A DNA stretch of 63,621 nt, the filler included, from Octopus bimaculoides (lineage: Eukaryota): the NCBI RefSeq assembly GCF_001194135.2. It is 5 parts of 4 records of this genome, joined end to end, with 100 filler letters (N's around TTAATTAATTAA, not from the genome) between each part and the next. Parts side by side here need not be neighbours in the genome. Positions count along the whole stretch, not along the records: positions 1 to 22,884 come from NC_068996.1; positions 22,985 to 50,781 come from NC_068998.1; 3 more parts are not named here. The stretch is one strand, 5' to 3'. Positions 11,421-23,125 of this stretch are shown here, one piece after another. Below the pieces are notes generated by a model. That model saw only the letters and a list, made by a program, of their open reading frames with translations. It did not search any database and was not told the DNA's origin. Numbering within the stretch: position 1 is the first letter of the stretch; every line of letters begins with the position of its first letter. The position numbers and the translations under genes were made by a program.

Positions 11421-13494
11421 ACTTCGGCTCCTAGATTAGCGACTGGAGGCAACAGAAAGCCCAATAGCTTCAGAATAAACATTAACATCCTCACAAATTA
11501 CTGCTGGACTGATTAAAAATTCTTCTACCACAGTTGAAAGCTGCTTTGAAATATTCCGTAACATAAGACGCTGAACGCTGGGGAGATTACCAACGTGTCA
11601 AACAACTTTACAGCTTTGCTTTTCCTTTCACTGCATTCTAAAGACATGGCTTTGCTGTTTTATACGCTGTATTTCCAATAATACTGAACACCCAACCGAA
11701 TTGGAATGTAATTTAAAGGGAGAAAATCGATTGAAATAATTAATCAAGGGAGGTAACTGTATCAAGGCATTTAAACTTGATTATAGCGCGGATTTGGTCT
11801 TAGCTGCAATTAACAATTATAATTCGTGATTATGGGAATCCATAAGCTTAGGCACGAGTCTTCTGCTATAGAATCAGGCTAGCCAACGCTTTGTGAACCG
11901 AATACAATAGACAGAAACTCTACGCGTGTGAATGCACACACATGTTTGATCAATTGAATTATCTACACGTTTGTGATAGTGTGAACGTAGCTTACACAGA
12001 GCCCCAACACGTTCTGAAAAACATGAATACATGTGAGAGTAACAAAGAAATAAGGAAGGTGGTCGTGGGATGTGTTAGAAACAACACACAAGTCTCCCTT
12101 AAACCACACACCTTTCGTCTGAAAATATTGACAGTTTTTTTTTTTTCATCGAAAACGGCTTCTCCAATGGTTTTTAAGTGCATAGTGCAAAAGACNNNNN
12201 NNNNNNNNNNNNNNNNNNNNNNNNNNNNNNNNNNNNNNNNNNNNNNNNNNNNNNNNNNNNNNNNNNNNNNNNNNNNNNNNNNNNNNNNNNNNNNNNNNNN
12301 NNNNNNNNNNNNNNNNNNNNNNNNNNNNNNNNNNNNNNNNNNNNNNNNNNNNNNNNNNNNNNNNNNNNNNNNNNNNNNNNNNNNNNNNNNNNNNNNNNNN
12401 NNNNNNNNNNNNNNNNNNNNNNNNNNNNNNNNNNNNNNNNNNNNNNNNNNNNNNNNNNNNNNNNNNNNNNNNNNNNNNNNNNNNNNNNNNNNNNNNNNNN
12501 NNNNNNNNNNNNNNNNNNNNNNNNNNNNNNNNNNNNNNNNNNNNNNNNNNNNNNNNNNNNNNNNNNNNNNNNNNNNNNNNNNNNNNNNNNNNNNNNNNNN
12601 NNNNNNNNNNNNNNNNNNNNNNNNNNNNNNNNNNNNNNNNNNNNNNNNNNNNNNNNNNNNNNNNNNNNNNNNNNNNNNNNNNNNNNNNNNNNNNNNNNNN
12701 NNNNNNNNNNNNNNNNNNNNNNNNNNNNNNNNNNNNNNNNNNNNNNNNNNNNNNNNNNNNNNNNNNNNNNNNNNNNNNNNNNNNNNNNNNNNNNNNNNNN
12801 NNNATGTATGTATGCATGTATGTATGTATGCATGTATGTATGTGTATATGTATGTATGCATGTATGTATGTGTATGTGTGTGTATGTATGTATGTATGTA
12901 TGTATGTGTGTATGTGTGTCTATGTGTGTGTATGTATGTATATGTGTGTGTATGAATGTATGAATGTATGTGTGTATGTGTGTATATATATGTATGTATG
13001 TATGAATGTATGTATGTATGTATCTATGTGTGTATTTGTGTGTGTATGAATGAATGTATGTATGCATGTATGTATGTATGCATGTATGTATGTGTATATG
13101 TATGCATGTATGTATGTGTATATGTATGTATGTATGTATGTATGTAAGCATGTATGTATGTATGTATGCAGGTATGTGTATAAATTCAGTAAGTATTGAG
13201 AAGCAATAGAAATACTCTTAAGTGAAAATTTTTGGCAGTTTTACTGATTAAAAAGGATTCCATAATATTTTAGTCCATGTTTCCTAATATCTAAAATTAA
13301 TAATAATGAATAAAAATGTTTAAAAGGGATCACTTAAAGGGGTACTTCTTAGTATCTCATGCTTTTTAGTATGCTCAACAAGCACTTAAAAAGTAACGTT
13401 TTAAGTACTTTTTTTGGCAGCGTAAGATCAAATTTAAAAAGGAAATGAAAAAAATAAATAAATATAAAGTGTAAAATTCGATTTGACTAAAAGG

Positions 13495-13692
13495 GTGGCA
13501 GGTAGCACGTAAAAGCACCCATTACACCCTTGGAGTGGTTGGTGTTAGGAAGGGCATCCAGCTGTAGAAACTGTGCTAGATCAGATTGGAGCCTGGTGTA
13601 GCCATCTGGCTTGCCAGTCCCCAGTCAAATCGTCCAACCCATACTAGCATGGAAAGCGGACGTTAAACGACGACGACGATGATGATGATGAT
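13495..13692 (+). mobile_element. 3' end of RTE-type LINE with (GAT)n tail
   Basis: GGAAGGGCATCCAGCTGTAGAAAC...GCATGGAAAGCGGACGTTAAACGACGACGATGATG; same tail at 52255-52420 and 56290-56600. Confidence 0.75.
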
Positions 13693-14049
13693 GTGTGTGT
13701 GTGTGTATGTGTGAAATTTGACTAGTGACTGCTGTTGCTGCTGCCACCATCTGTGGTTGTTTTCAGCCTCTGAGGCAGAGAGAAATAGAGTTTGGTAAGA
13801 AATTGAAGAGGGGGAGAAACTTACCACAAGGGGAGAGAATTGCTGAGAGAGAAATTTTTTTTATATACTTATTTTATCACGTGAGTAGATATTTCTATAT
13901 AATTCATTCTGATTTCCATTTTTTTAATGTCTTGGTTGTCCTTGTAGCTGCAAGGAAATATGTATAGGTCGTCATAACCATAAAACTTTGCTGTATGAAA
14001 TTGTATAATAAAAGGAAATAAATTTTGAGGATGTACCTGTCTCCATATT

Positions 14050-14410
14050 CTCTATTGTATATATTTACAAAGTATTGAACATGGAGATCGATTTGGTTGA
14101 TGGAAATAAAGCCATCCAGCAGAACATGCTGAGTTCATCTCTTTCAGGTCTTCGCATTCCTCAGTTGTCGTAGCCCATGTCTCATTGCATGTAACATCAT
14201 ACAATCTACCTTTCACTTTGAGGGAGAAACCCTTATTTACTAACAGAGATATTAGCTCTCTGAACTTCTCCCAGTCTGTTCTTATTGTAGTAGCTATGTT
14301 TTCAGAACAACCTCCCCAACTACTAACTTGGTCACCTAAGTAACGGAAGCTGTGTACTACTTCTAAGGATTCCCGCTGATATTTAAGGGAGTCTATTTTT
14401 TTGTACATTC
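14050..14410 (-). mobile_element. RTE-type LINE RT fragment (same family as 56290-58990)
   Basis: LEVVHSFRYLGDQVSSWGGC...WEKFRELISLLVNKGFSLKVKGRLYD aligns with FELADSFCYLGDKISNSGGC...WKKFRELLPLLATKG...RVKGRLCD at 57.7-58.2 kb. Confidence 0.85.
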
Positions 14411-14620
14411 CTCGTGTTTAATGGATCTGCACATCAGAGTCTTGGAATGGATTGCTGGTCCTGATTATGTTGAATCAGTTGATGAAGTATTGAACAGATA
14501 TGGGTGCTCTCATACAAACACACACATGCACACATGCACACACAAACGCATGTACGCACACACACACACACACAAATTTCATCATGCCTGTCCAGTGGTG
14601 GATGCAGGTGTGTTGCGCTA

Positions 14621-14634
14621 GTTGCCTGGGCAAC
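14621..14634. promoter_or_regulatory. Palindromic RFX X-box candidate
   Basis: GTTGCCTGGGCAAC = GTTGCC-NN-GGCAAC, the optimal RFX site; no linked gene identified. Confidence 0.35.
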
Positions 14635-15280
14635 ACCCTTTCTAGCTGCACTGTTGCAAATATAATAACATTGTTATTTTATTCCCAGCAGTTTCACAGC
14701 ATTACTGTTTCATATGCATAATGGTCTCTGCTACAACAAAGTTAGAATACATAAAAATGTGTACATTTGTTACATGTTGTAATTTCTGCCTTATATAGTA
14801 CTTTTTTTGAAACTTTTGGGCAACACCAAAAAAAAAAAAAAAAACCTGGATCCCCACCTGCTGTTGATTTTTATATGTTGGAATATAGGGAACTTTTCTT
14901 CCAGCCAATGGAATTAATGGCAAAGCCTGGTGGTTTTTGATTGGCTGTTTTTCTGAAGTTGACTGTCCTATCAAAGAAATACATATAGTGTAAACCTACC
15001 AAAATCATGTCAAGCAAGTTTATTGGATAATGAATTAAACTATCTTATTCCATTCATCACTGAAGCATCTGTAAAAATCAAATGTAGTCATCAATAATAA
15101 TTCTGAATTTCTGATCTGACTAATATTGAAGAGGAAACATAATCTCCTAGCCTCATGTACATCAAAGACGAATTCTTATCAAGGGGAAATGCAATCATTG
15201 AAAATGTTTTGACGGATAATTTTTAGATTTTATCAAATGATTGTCAAGCAGATAAAAAAGTTTAAGTAACAGAGAAATCA

Positions 15281-15360
15281 TACTGTATTTTCCAGCATAT
15301 AAGTCGAATTTTTGAAGGCAAAATTTACAGCCCAAAGATGTAGGTTGACTTATACACCAA
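15281..15360 (+). mobile_element. pogo/Tigger-like DNA transposon terminus
   Basis: TA|CTGTATTTTCCAGCATATAAGTCG resembles the TA|CCGTATTTTCCGGCGTATAAG pogo-family TIR, followed by GACTTATAC. Confidence 0.5.
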
Positions 15361-15849
15361 GATGACTTTGGAGGACCAAAAATTCTATGCAAAATGCAGC
15401 AGAATTTAGAAAGAGAGTGATGATGTTTGGATGAATACATTTCATGTTTACTTTACATACTATGTTGACTTGTTGGAAAATGCCATTAAACAACCCTCTA
15501 TCTTTGCTTTTAAAAATAATGATTGTCTGAATATATGTAAAATTTTACTTGATAATTCTAAAATCATTGATGACTCAGTATCACCTGGGATTAAGGAGGT
15601 TATCCCTTTTGTAATCTATGATGATTATCATTCAATATATATATACCTTATTTGATGTATCAGGTATACTTCAATATTTGCAGGCATTAAAATTGTATAT
15701 ACACACAAAGGTTGATTCTTGCATATTAGATTAATGTTTATAATCAATTCTCACAGTTAAAGATTAGATTATCAATATTACATGATTTCTGATAAAAGAA
15801 AAAAAAAACCAAGTCTCAGGCCTTCATCTGTTGTCCATCCCATTGAATA

Positions 15850-16270
15850 GTATCATTTGTACCTGAACAGACCAATGCATGAATGATACCCCCTGCCACA
15901 TAAGCCACATTTATGGGCTGTACCAATGCTGTTGTAGGTTCCTTCTCTTCCATAAAGGGTGTTTAATAGGATCCAAGCCCGTGTATTATGGTATAGAGAA
16001 CAGGTTGTTGCTTTTCCCCATTTCCAAATCACTGTTGGATCCAAAGGAACAGCACAACTGGTGCAATTTGACACCAGCATTATCACAAGAGTTGCCAAAA
16101 TGAAGTTGTAGACAATGTTGAGCTGCCTTAGGGGCTCCAACTGCAGACTTTTCCTCAGAGTTTCCACCAAAAGTCTTTCATATGACTCGGTATGGCTGCA
16201 AGACTGCAGAGGTTTGAATCGGTTTTCCTCCGCCTAGATGGGTTGCTTGGCCCACTAGCTACCAAGCTCC
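15850..16270 (-). mobile_element. RTE LINE remnant (C-terminal Cys motif)
   Basis: HKCGLCGRGYHSCIGLFRY resembles the RTE C-terminal CxxCGRxxxSRIGLxSH; the rest is heavily decayed. Confidence 0.45.
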
Positions 16271-17027
16271 ATAAACCTAACTAATTTGTTCATTAATCTT
16301 TAGCTGGGAATCTGATGGATGCTACTGCTCTTGATCAGAATAGAAATGGGAACAATAGCGCTAAGAGGTGGCTCCATACTCTTCAAAAACCCAGAACTCC
16401 AAAACCAGTATTCCACTACTAGACACAGTTTGAAGTCATAATCAGGGCAAAAACCAAGACTAATTTAGAATCAGCCTATTAAATTGTTGACTTTAAGAAC
16501 TTAGAATTAGAAAGAAGAGAAAAGAGAAAGGAAAAAATTACCCAAATTTGAGAATATTCAGATAATTCCTCAAATTTATATCTTCAACTTATGAAATATA
16601 TACATTGACTCGTTTTCACAAAGTAAAGTTCTGCATAACAATAATTTTATGTAACTAACTTCACAATTTGGGTATTCATAACTTTTTGGGAATTCCTAAA
16701 AACAAGATCCTGTGTAAGACAGTTCGGTATTCTCTGTAAATGCACAAAACTCGTTTTAAGGGCTACAAACTTTGTATTGTTATTGGATTAGCAAAACAAT
16801 TATGAGAATGTAACCAAGGCATAAGCCTCGCTTTCCCAGGAATTACCAGGTTCGTCAGCTATATATATAAACTGGTAAGAGGAATTGCAAGAAATCTTAA
16901 GTAGAATCTTCATATAACTGTGGATGGAGCATTCGTTCTATCAATAAATTTTTGTGATCACAACTAATTCTATGATGGGATGTCTCAGTTCAAGGAAGAT
17001 CAGAGATTGTCCAGTATTGATAGGACA

Positions 17028-17455
17028 TACTCTTTACTCTTTGCTCTTTACTCTTTTATTTGTTTCAGTCATTTGACTGTGGCCATGCTGGGGCACCACC
17101 TTTAGTTGAGCAAATCAACCCCAGGACTTATTCTTTGTAAGCCTAGTACTTATTCTATCGTTCTCTTTTGCTGAACCGCTAAGTTATGGGGACGTAAACA
17201 CACCAGCATCGGTTGTCAAGCGATGTTGGGGGGACAAACACAGACACACAAACATATACACACACATACATATATATATGTATACATATATATGACGGGC
17301 TTGTTTCAGTTTCCGTCTACCAAATCCACTCACAAGGCTTTGGTCGGCCCGAGGTTATAGTAGAAGACACTTGCCCAAGGTGCCACGCAGTGGGAATGAA
17401 CCTGGAACCATGTGGTTGGTAAGCAAGCTACTTACCACACAGCCACTCCTGCACC
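17028..17455 (-). mobile_element. High-copy tRNA-derived SINE family A, full length
   Basis: Head GGTGCAGGAGTGGCTGTGTGGTAAG...GGTTCCAGGTTCATTCCCACTGCGTGGCACCTTGGGCAAGTGTCTT, internal (AT/GT) tract, and tail GCATGGCCACAGTCAAATGACTGAAACA with tandem (AAAGAGT)-like end. Confidence 0.85.
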
Positions 17456-18317
17456 TATGCACTTTCATCAGGATACAAGATTTAAAACCTATTTAGGAAT
17501 TTTTTCTTTTTTATCATAAAACAATTTAGCATATCTGATGTCATATAAGAAGTATTTTCCTCCCAAAAGAAGTCTCGCAGAATCATCCTGGGTCCTATCT
17601 TCGAAGTTGGATTTACACTACATACTTTAATGCACTATAAATCTTTCCCCTGAATATATGGATGCTGAAATTAGAGTGTGTCTAATATGCTGTGCATCTT
17701 TTGTGCTATCAAATACAATAACAATTATAATGCTAATATATTTAGAAGTGACCATGGTCGATTAACTTGTAACAGGTCACTGCTTCTCTCTCTTCCTCTT
17801 TCCCTGTCTGTCTATCTGTCTGTCTGTCTGTGTCTGTTACACACACTCCCACTCTCTCTCTTATAGAAATTGTACAATTCACAAACGATACCAGGAGAGC
17901 CTTTCTCTATGAAGGAAAATACTGTCAGTGGCCAGATTACTTTAATTCAAATTCCATTAACTTGCTTGATTCGAGGCAATGGAGCAGAAAAATAATAAAA
18001 AAAAAAGAACAAAAAGAGTGTGTTGAAGCTCTTGTAATAATTTTGAAAAGACAAAAGAGAGAAACAAAAGAAGAGAATAAGATAAAAGCATTAAAATGCT
18101 ATTAGGGAGAAACACCACATGATAAAATGGAAGTCTAATTTTTCCAGCCAAATCCCATACTTAAAAGCAACTAAATTAAGTAAATAAAATCATACAAGGA
18201 TTAGTTGGAAGTTCTATATATANNNNNNNNNNNNNNNNNNNNNNNNNNNNNNNNNNNNNNNNNNNNNNNNNNNNNNNNNNNNNNNNNNNNNNNNNNNNNN
18301 NNNNNNNNNNNNNNNNA

Positions 18318-18720
18318 GTAGAACTCATTTCTGGAAACCTCATGGCATACTCAGATTGTTGAAAAATAATATGGCCCCTAAAAGGGATCCTTATGTATAT
18401 CTAAATATCTACTACATATGTGGGAAATTCTGTTTGTGAGTGTGTTTGTGGAGTTGTTAACTAACTCCTCCTACATCGTTTTATCGATTTTGATGAAACT
18501 CGACACGTGAGTAGAACTCATTTCTGGAAACCTCATGGCATACTCAGATTGTTGAAAAATAATATGGCCCCTAAAAGGGATCCTTATGTATATCTAATAT
18601 ATTTTAGTTTAAAAACCAAAGGAAATAACCCATTCGCCCTTGAAGGGATCGGTATATATATATTTAACCAAGGGAAATAACCCATTCATTTTCCTAATTT
18701 ATTTGGTAAAAATGAAATTG
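18318..18720 (+). mobile_element. Non-autonomous Helitron/Helentron-like fragment
   Basis: ATCTACTACATATGTGGGAAATTCTGTTTGTGAGTGTGTTTG...ATCGATTTTGATGAAACTCGACAC resembles Lep1/HINE-type 5' regions; contains an about 85-nt duplication. Confidence 0.4.
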
Positions 18721-19018
18721 AGTAGGCTTATTTCTTAGTATTTGAACTGTTAGAGTTATTTTCGCAATTTTCACATACATACATACATACATGCTTACAT
18801 ACAAACATACATACATACATATATCCATACATACACACACGCATACCTACCTACCTACCTACCTACATACATACATACATACATACATACATACATGCTT
18901 ACATACAAACATACATACATACATACATATATCCATACATACACACACGCATACCTACCTACCTACCTACCTACCTACATACATACATACATACATACAT
19001 ACATACATACATACATAC

Positions 19019-19895
19019 AGTTCAGAATTGCGAGTTTTGTAACTTCAGCTCAGATTGAATTTGAACTATTTTCTCACCGTATTTCTTTGCGATTGTACTG
19101 CATTCTTCTTTCCATCTTCTGCTAATTATTTTCTTTGAATTGAGAAGCTTCTTTAATTCTACCATAGTGTAATGATTTCCATCTTCAAAACTCTGCAGTT
19201 TCAATTAAAAATCTTGTGAGTTGAAAGACATTTCCTTTTTCATAACAGCAATGCTTTTACGCAGGTTACGCTGTATCTCTTCCTGTTCATTGTTTGCTTA
19301 TAACATATTCACCTTTAGTTCGTTAATTTCCTGGATCAACTGAAATTTTATTTTTTGCCAGTCGGCTGTTGTTACTGTTCGGCGAAGACGCTTACTCCTT
19401 TAGTTTTTTCATTTTCTTTCATTAAAAGATCTATTTTCTGGTCCAAGTTTTCCCTATCACGTTCTTGCTGATGTTCAAATTTGTCAAGCTTCCTCTCAGT
19501 GTCATCTTTAGATTTTAAAGCTTCTTTTAAACACGGTGTAAGCTTTTCTTTGACTTCTTTGAGAGACTTAGTCTTCTCTACAAAGTTTTGATGGACGTTT
19601 TGTAATTCTGACTCAACATTTCTTTTATCTCCAGGACACCTTCTCATATCAATTTCTCTCTCAGAACGTTCCATTTCAAAGAAGTGGACCTTTTTATTTA
19701 GTTTTACAATCCTGACATTGAGAAGAGATTTCACATCATCTACATCTTTTCTGGTCGCTTTGCCAACATCTTCCATCAAGTCATCAACGACTTTCTGTAA
19801 ACAGATGATCTGTTCTTTTTTTGTGTAGAAACGTGTTTGGCCAAATCTTTATCTAGAATTGCATTTTCCACAATTTGCTGAACATTTTTCTTGTC
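19019..19895 (-). pseudogene. SCLT1: Intronless decayed copy of sodium channel and clathrin linker 1 (ciliary distal appendage coiled-coil protein), C-terminal half
   Basis: Reconstructed translation QIVENAILDKDLAK..QKKEQI..LMEDVGKATRKDV...EMERSERE..R..GDKRNVESEL...KSKDD...SFEDGNHYTMVELKKLL..KKIISRRWKEE..IQSELK is colinear with recalled human SCLT1 (LLEEANLQKSQA..QKEEDI..VQDATIRTKKEV...QMECAEKQ..R..KEKKAVEEEL...RSKDD...EMEDSNRNSIVELRHLL..QKAANRWKEE..LKSELS). At least 2 frameshifts and 2 in-frame TAA; no introns over about 875 nt. Confidence 0.8.
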
Positions 19896-21805
19896 TTCCA
19901 CCAGATCTGTGCAACCAAGGTTTAGGTCCTCTGCATACCTCACTTGCATCCGCCTCAACCGCAACACCTGAGCGTCATCCAAGCACTGACAAAAATCCGT
20001 GCGAACAGGCCATGTAAATACACTGATAGACCTCCACTTCCTCTGACTTCACTTCTTCTGCAGGTACGCGGGCGACACTGCTCTTGGTCCACTGCCTGGC
20101 ACAGTCCCACAATTGGCTGCCACAACCAGCACTTCATCAGCACCTGTCTCCACCAGGGTTCGTCCTACCATCACTCCAGCCTTCATCTTGCACTCTCTCT
20201 GTCGGCTCCACCATCCCAAGGCAGCCATCAAATGATCCATCCATACTACACTGGAGCAGTAATTCCGATCTTGCTGGGATCATTGTCGTCCGTAATGTTC
20301 TTACCTCACCGCCAGCTGTGGTCCGCTTTACCACCTTAACAGGGACTGATCTTCCTTGCACCCAAAGCTTCATGGAGCTTCTTTGGAATATTCGACTGGC
20401 TGTTGCTCCTTAACACCAGCCCCTTCTAGTTTTCCGACTCTCCTTTAACTTCTGTTACCTTTTTACTCTTCTTTCTTACAGGACAGTCAAAACTCAGATG
20501 TTCCTTTCACCGCATGTCCAGCAATCTCTCCCAGATGTGAACTTTCTACTATCATCCAGCTTTTGTTCTCTTTTCAAGCTGTAACAATCTTACTTCCTGT
20601 GTCCTGCTTTCCAACAGTGCCAGCAACTTCTTCCAACCATCTCTTGTTCTTTCTTCTCCAAATATCCCTCTCTTTTATACCCTGACTTTTCGCAATACCA
20701 ACAACTTTCATTAAGTTTTCCTGCTTCACGTACTTACCCCATACTTGCTTTGGATCCGGAACTGTAGTCCACCTGGAAACTTTTTATGCTAGACCTTACA
20801 TATGATTTAAATTCTAGAACTCTAGACAGTGCCTCTTGCATGATATTCAGTTGTGCCCAGAGCGTCGATAAACTGCTCTTTCAGAAGAAGAGTGAAGAGG
20901 TTGGATGTTGTCTTATGTGCCACGCTTTCCAGGTCCTGGGCAATCTATTGTAGTGACTCCCCCCAAGCCCTTACACAACTCCGAATTCGTGCCCTGTACA
21001 CTTCACTCTGGTACATAGTGCCATATCTTCTTTGTAACATTTCAACTAATGAAGAGTAACGGCTTCTGTCCTCCACTGACAACTGGCTCAACACTTTTAC
21101 TGTAGCACCCTTTAGACTAGCAGCATGCTGAACTGCTCTTTGCCTACTGTTCCAACCATTCTGGTCAACCTTTATCTCAAACAGGACACAGTAGGCTTCC
21201 CATGACACTTTTCCGTCAAATTCTTGTGGCTTCTTCTTAATAGAAATTCTACTGTTGCCTTGCACTTCGCTGGATCTGGGCCTAAATATTGGAGCCTCAT
21301 GATTCCGTCCAGGACTCAAAACTGCCCCTTGACCACCAGCAGGCACACCCGCTTCTGAAAGAGCACCTCTGGACATTTGGCCATTTTCAACATTCAATAC
21401 ATGTCGTCCACCATTTTCGCACACTCTCTGCAAATCAGCCTGAGGATCAGCAGCACAAAACTGTTCCACGGCTTCCATTCTCTCATTAAGCATATTCATA
21501 TACATGTTGCTAACACCATATAATATCATCACTCACCTCACATCTGTACTGCTGTAATTCTTCACAAAGCTTTTTCTTGAACTGCTGTTGACCTTTCTCC
21601 ATTCTTCTTATGAATGTGTCTAGCTGTCCCCGAAGACATGTGTGCTGCGCTTTCTGCTCTTCGTTAAACTCAGTCACTTTATTACTTTGGTTTTGCAATA
21701 TTTTCACGATTGCAACCAGAGACACTTGTTCCTTCCCTGCCCTGCCTCCTTGTGCGCACTCCTTCCAATTCAATAACGAATAATTGGCTCGCTGCAGCAA
21801 TAAAA
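19896..21805 (-). mobile_element. Ty3/Gypsy internal region: gag plus post-protease pol spacer, decayed
   Basis: KKPQEFDGKVSWEAY..FE...NGWN...ASLKGA..VL...RYGT..QSEVYRARIR...GESL; LLKEQFIDAL; frameshifted CWTCGE knuckle near 20500; spacer TTMIPARSE...VGRTLV ending LGCTDLVE. Confidence 0.85.
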
Positions 21806-21823
21806 ATCTCACTTCTGACACCA
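21806..21823 (-). other. Primer-binding site complementary to tRNA-Leu 3' end
   Basis: TGGTGTCAGAAGTGAGAT, a 17/18 match to the canonical TGGTGTCAGAAGTGGGAT, 4 nt after the LTR end. Confidence 0.85.
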
Positions 21824-21827
21824 AAAA

Positions 21828-22287
21828 CGTTGTGAAATGCGGCCTCCTGACGCCAACACGGCTCCAACAGTCTAGCCAGTAGCTAAGAAACTGCAGGCTA
21901 GCCCAGTAAGCCAATTTGCTTAGAGTGGAAGAAGTTGTCGTACCTGATTGAATGTCTTGTGTAATATGCTTCTACGTCGCTCGGATTCGCTTCGACTGGT
22001 CACATCGCAGCTTCGTATCCAACTTGACACCGACAGTCTTCGTATCCAACTTGACACTGACTGTTTACGTTGCCATCTTCACACTTTCTTCGTAGCCAAC
22101 TTACGCTATCTTCTTCCTGTTTGTTTACGTTGCCATCTTCACACTCCGCGTTCTTTTCGTCACGGACTTCACACGCCGAATTCTTTACATCAACAACTTC
22201 ACACCACTCCGATTTTTCTTTTTCTTTTTACCTCACCAACTGACACTGCGCGTTCCTTTACCAGTTCAAATTGTCCACCTCACAACA
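21828..22287 (-). mobile_element. 5' LTR of the Gypsy element (460 bp)
   Basis: Minus strand starts TGTTGTGA and ends TCACAACG (terminal inverted repeat with last base mutated), directly followed by the PBS; internal direct repeats at 22011-22030 and 22038-22057. Confidence 0.75.
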
Positions 22288-22504
22288 AAGACGAACAAAA
22301 CATGAATTTTCCTGTTTGGAGTATTATATCTTGATTCAAATATCTTTGCTGCTACGTCTGTGTGAGTTCTTTTACGTCTGTTATTGTGAGACATTTTTGT
22401 AACTGTTTGTTTAACAGTTGTTTTCGCCCTACGGGGCAGGAAAATACCATTCATTTGTCTTTGCGACAAGAATTTTTGTTTGTTATTTTTGTCTTTTTGA
22501 CAAA

Positions 22505-22884
22505 ATGGCGACAGCCGAAAGCAACGCTCCCATTCAGGGAGAAAATATGCCAAAGCAAAGTTTTTCTCAGGCTGTAGGTGGAAGCACCATTGAATTGAAA
22601 ATTGCAAAAGAGAGTCTGTACGCGTTCAGGAAGTACATACAAAAGGTGGATGGTGAAACCAAATTGATTCCACCACCCGAGACTGTCAATGCCCGAAAGG
22701 AAAAGATAGTAGTATACAAGGTATACAATATAAAAGAAAAAAAGATTACTGAGGTTCGTAACGAACTGGTCGAGAGGTGCCTGGCGCCAATATGGCCAAA
22801 GGTCCGCCACGTCAATCGCGGAGTACGAAGTGCAACGGTTGAGGTGCACTTCGACTCGGCTGAAGTGGCGAGGGAGGTCTCGAC
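22505..22884 (+). mobile_element. L1/Tx1-like ORF1 N-terminus, open up to a contig break
   Basis: MATAESN...KQSFSQAV...KIVVYKVYNIKEKKI...LVERCLAPI...RGVRSATVEVHF is homologous to the 2634-2900 ORF (TIVYKVYAVEGKKI...IIEKALSAV...RGNKFGTVVVQY). Confidence 0.7.
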
Positions 22885-22984
22885 NNNNNNNNNNNNNNNN
22901 NNNNNNNNNNNNNNNNNNNNNNNNNNNNTTAATTAATTAANNNNNNNNNNNNNNNNNNNNNNNNNNNNNNNNNNNNNNNNNNNN
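22885..22984. other. Artificial scaffold linker N44-TTAATTAATTAA-N44
   Basis: Same six-frame-stop 12-mer between N runs at 22929-22940, 50826-50837, 60997-61008 and 62399-62410. Confidence 0.9.
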
Positions 22985-23048
22985 TATATATATGTATATA
23001 TATACAACGGGCTTCGTTCAGTTTCCGCCTACCAAATCCACTCAAAAG

Positions 23049-23125
23049 GCATTGAATAAATCGAGCCTCCATCATCAGAGTAGATCAGGTTTACCCTGAT
23101 GACAGGGGCTCGATTTGTCCAATGC
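23049..23125 (+). other. 77-nt stem-loop (pre-miRNA-like geometry)
   Basis: 36-position stem with 4 mismatches and 3 G-U pairs around the loop TCAGG. Confidence 0.35.

Noticed and set aside
13762-13802. 28-nt AG...GTAAGA microexon candidate
   Set aside because: Weak polypyrimidine tract; such matches are common by chance.
18318-18597. About 85-nt exact duplication (18318-18403 and 18512-18597)
   Set aside because: The first copy begins at a contig edge, so an assembly overlap or an element-internal repeat is the simpler explanation.
20130-20160. LVETGA as the Gypsy aspartic protease active site
   Set aside because: It lies in the VGRTLV spacer motif downstream of where the protease belongs and lacks the catalytic Asp; the protease appears deleted.
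22011-22145. 20-24-nt direct repeats with short spacers (CRISPR-like look)
   Set aside because: Only two copies of each, inside a eukaryotic LTR, with no cas genes.
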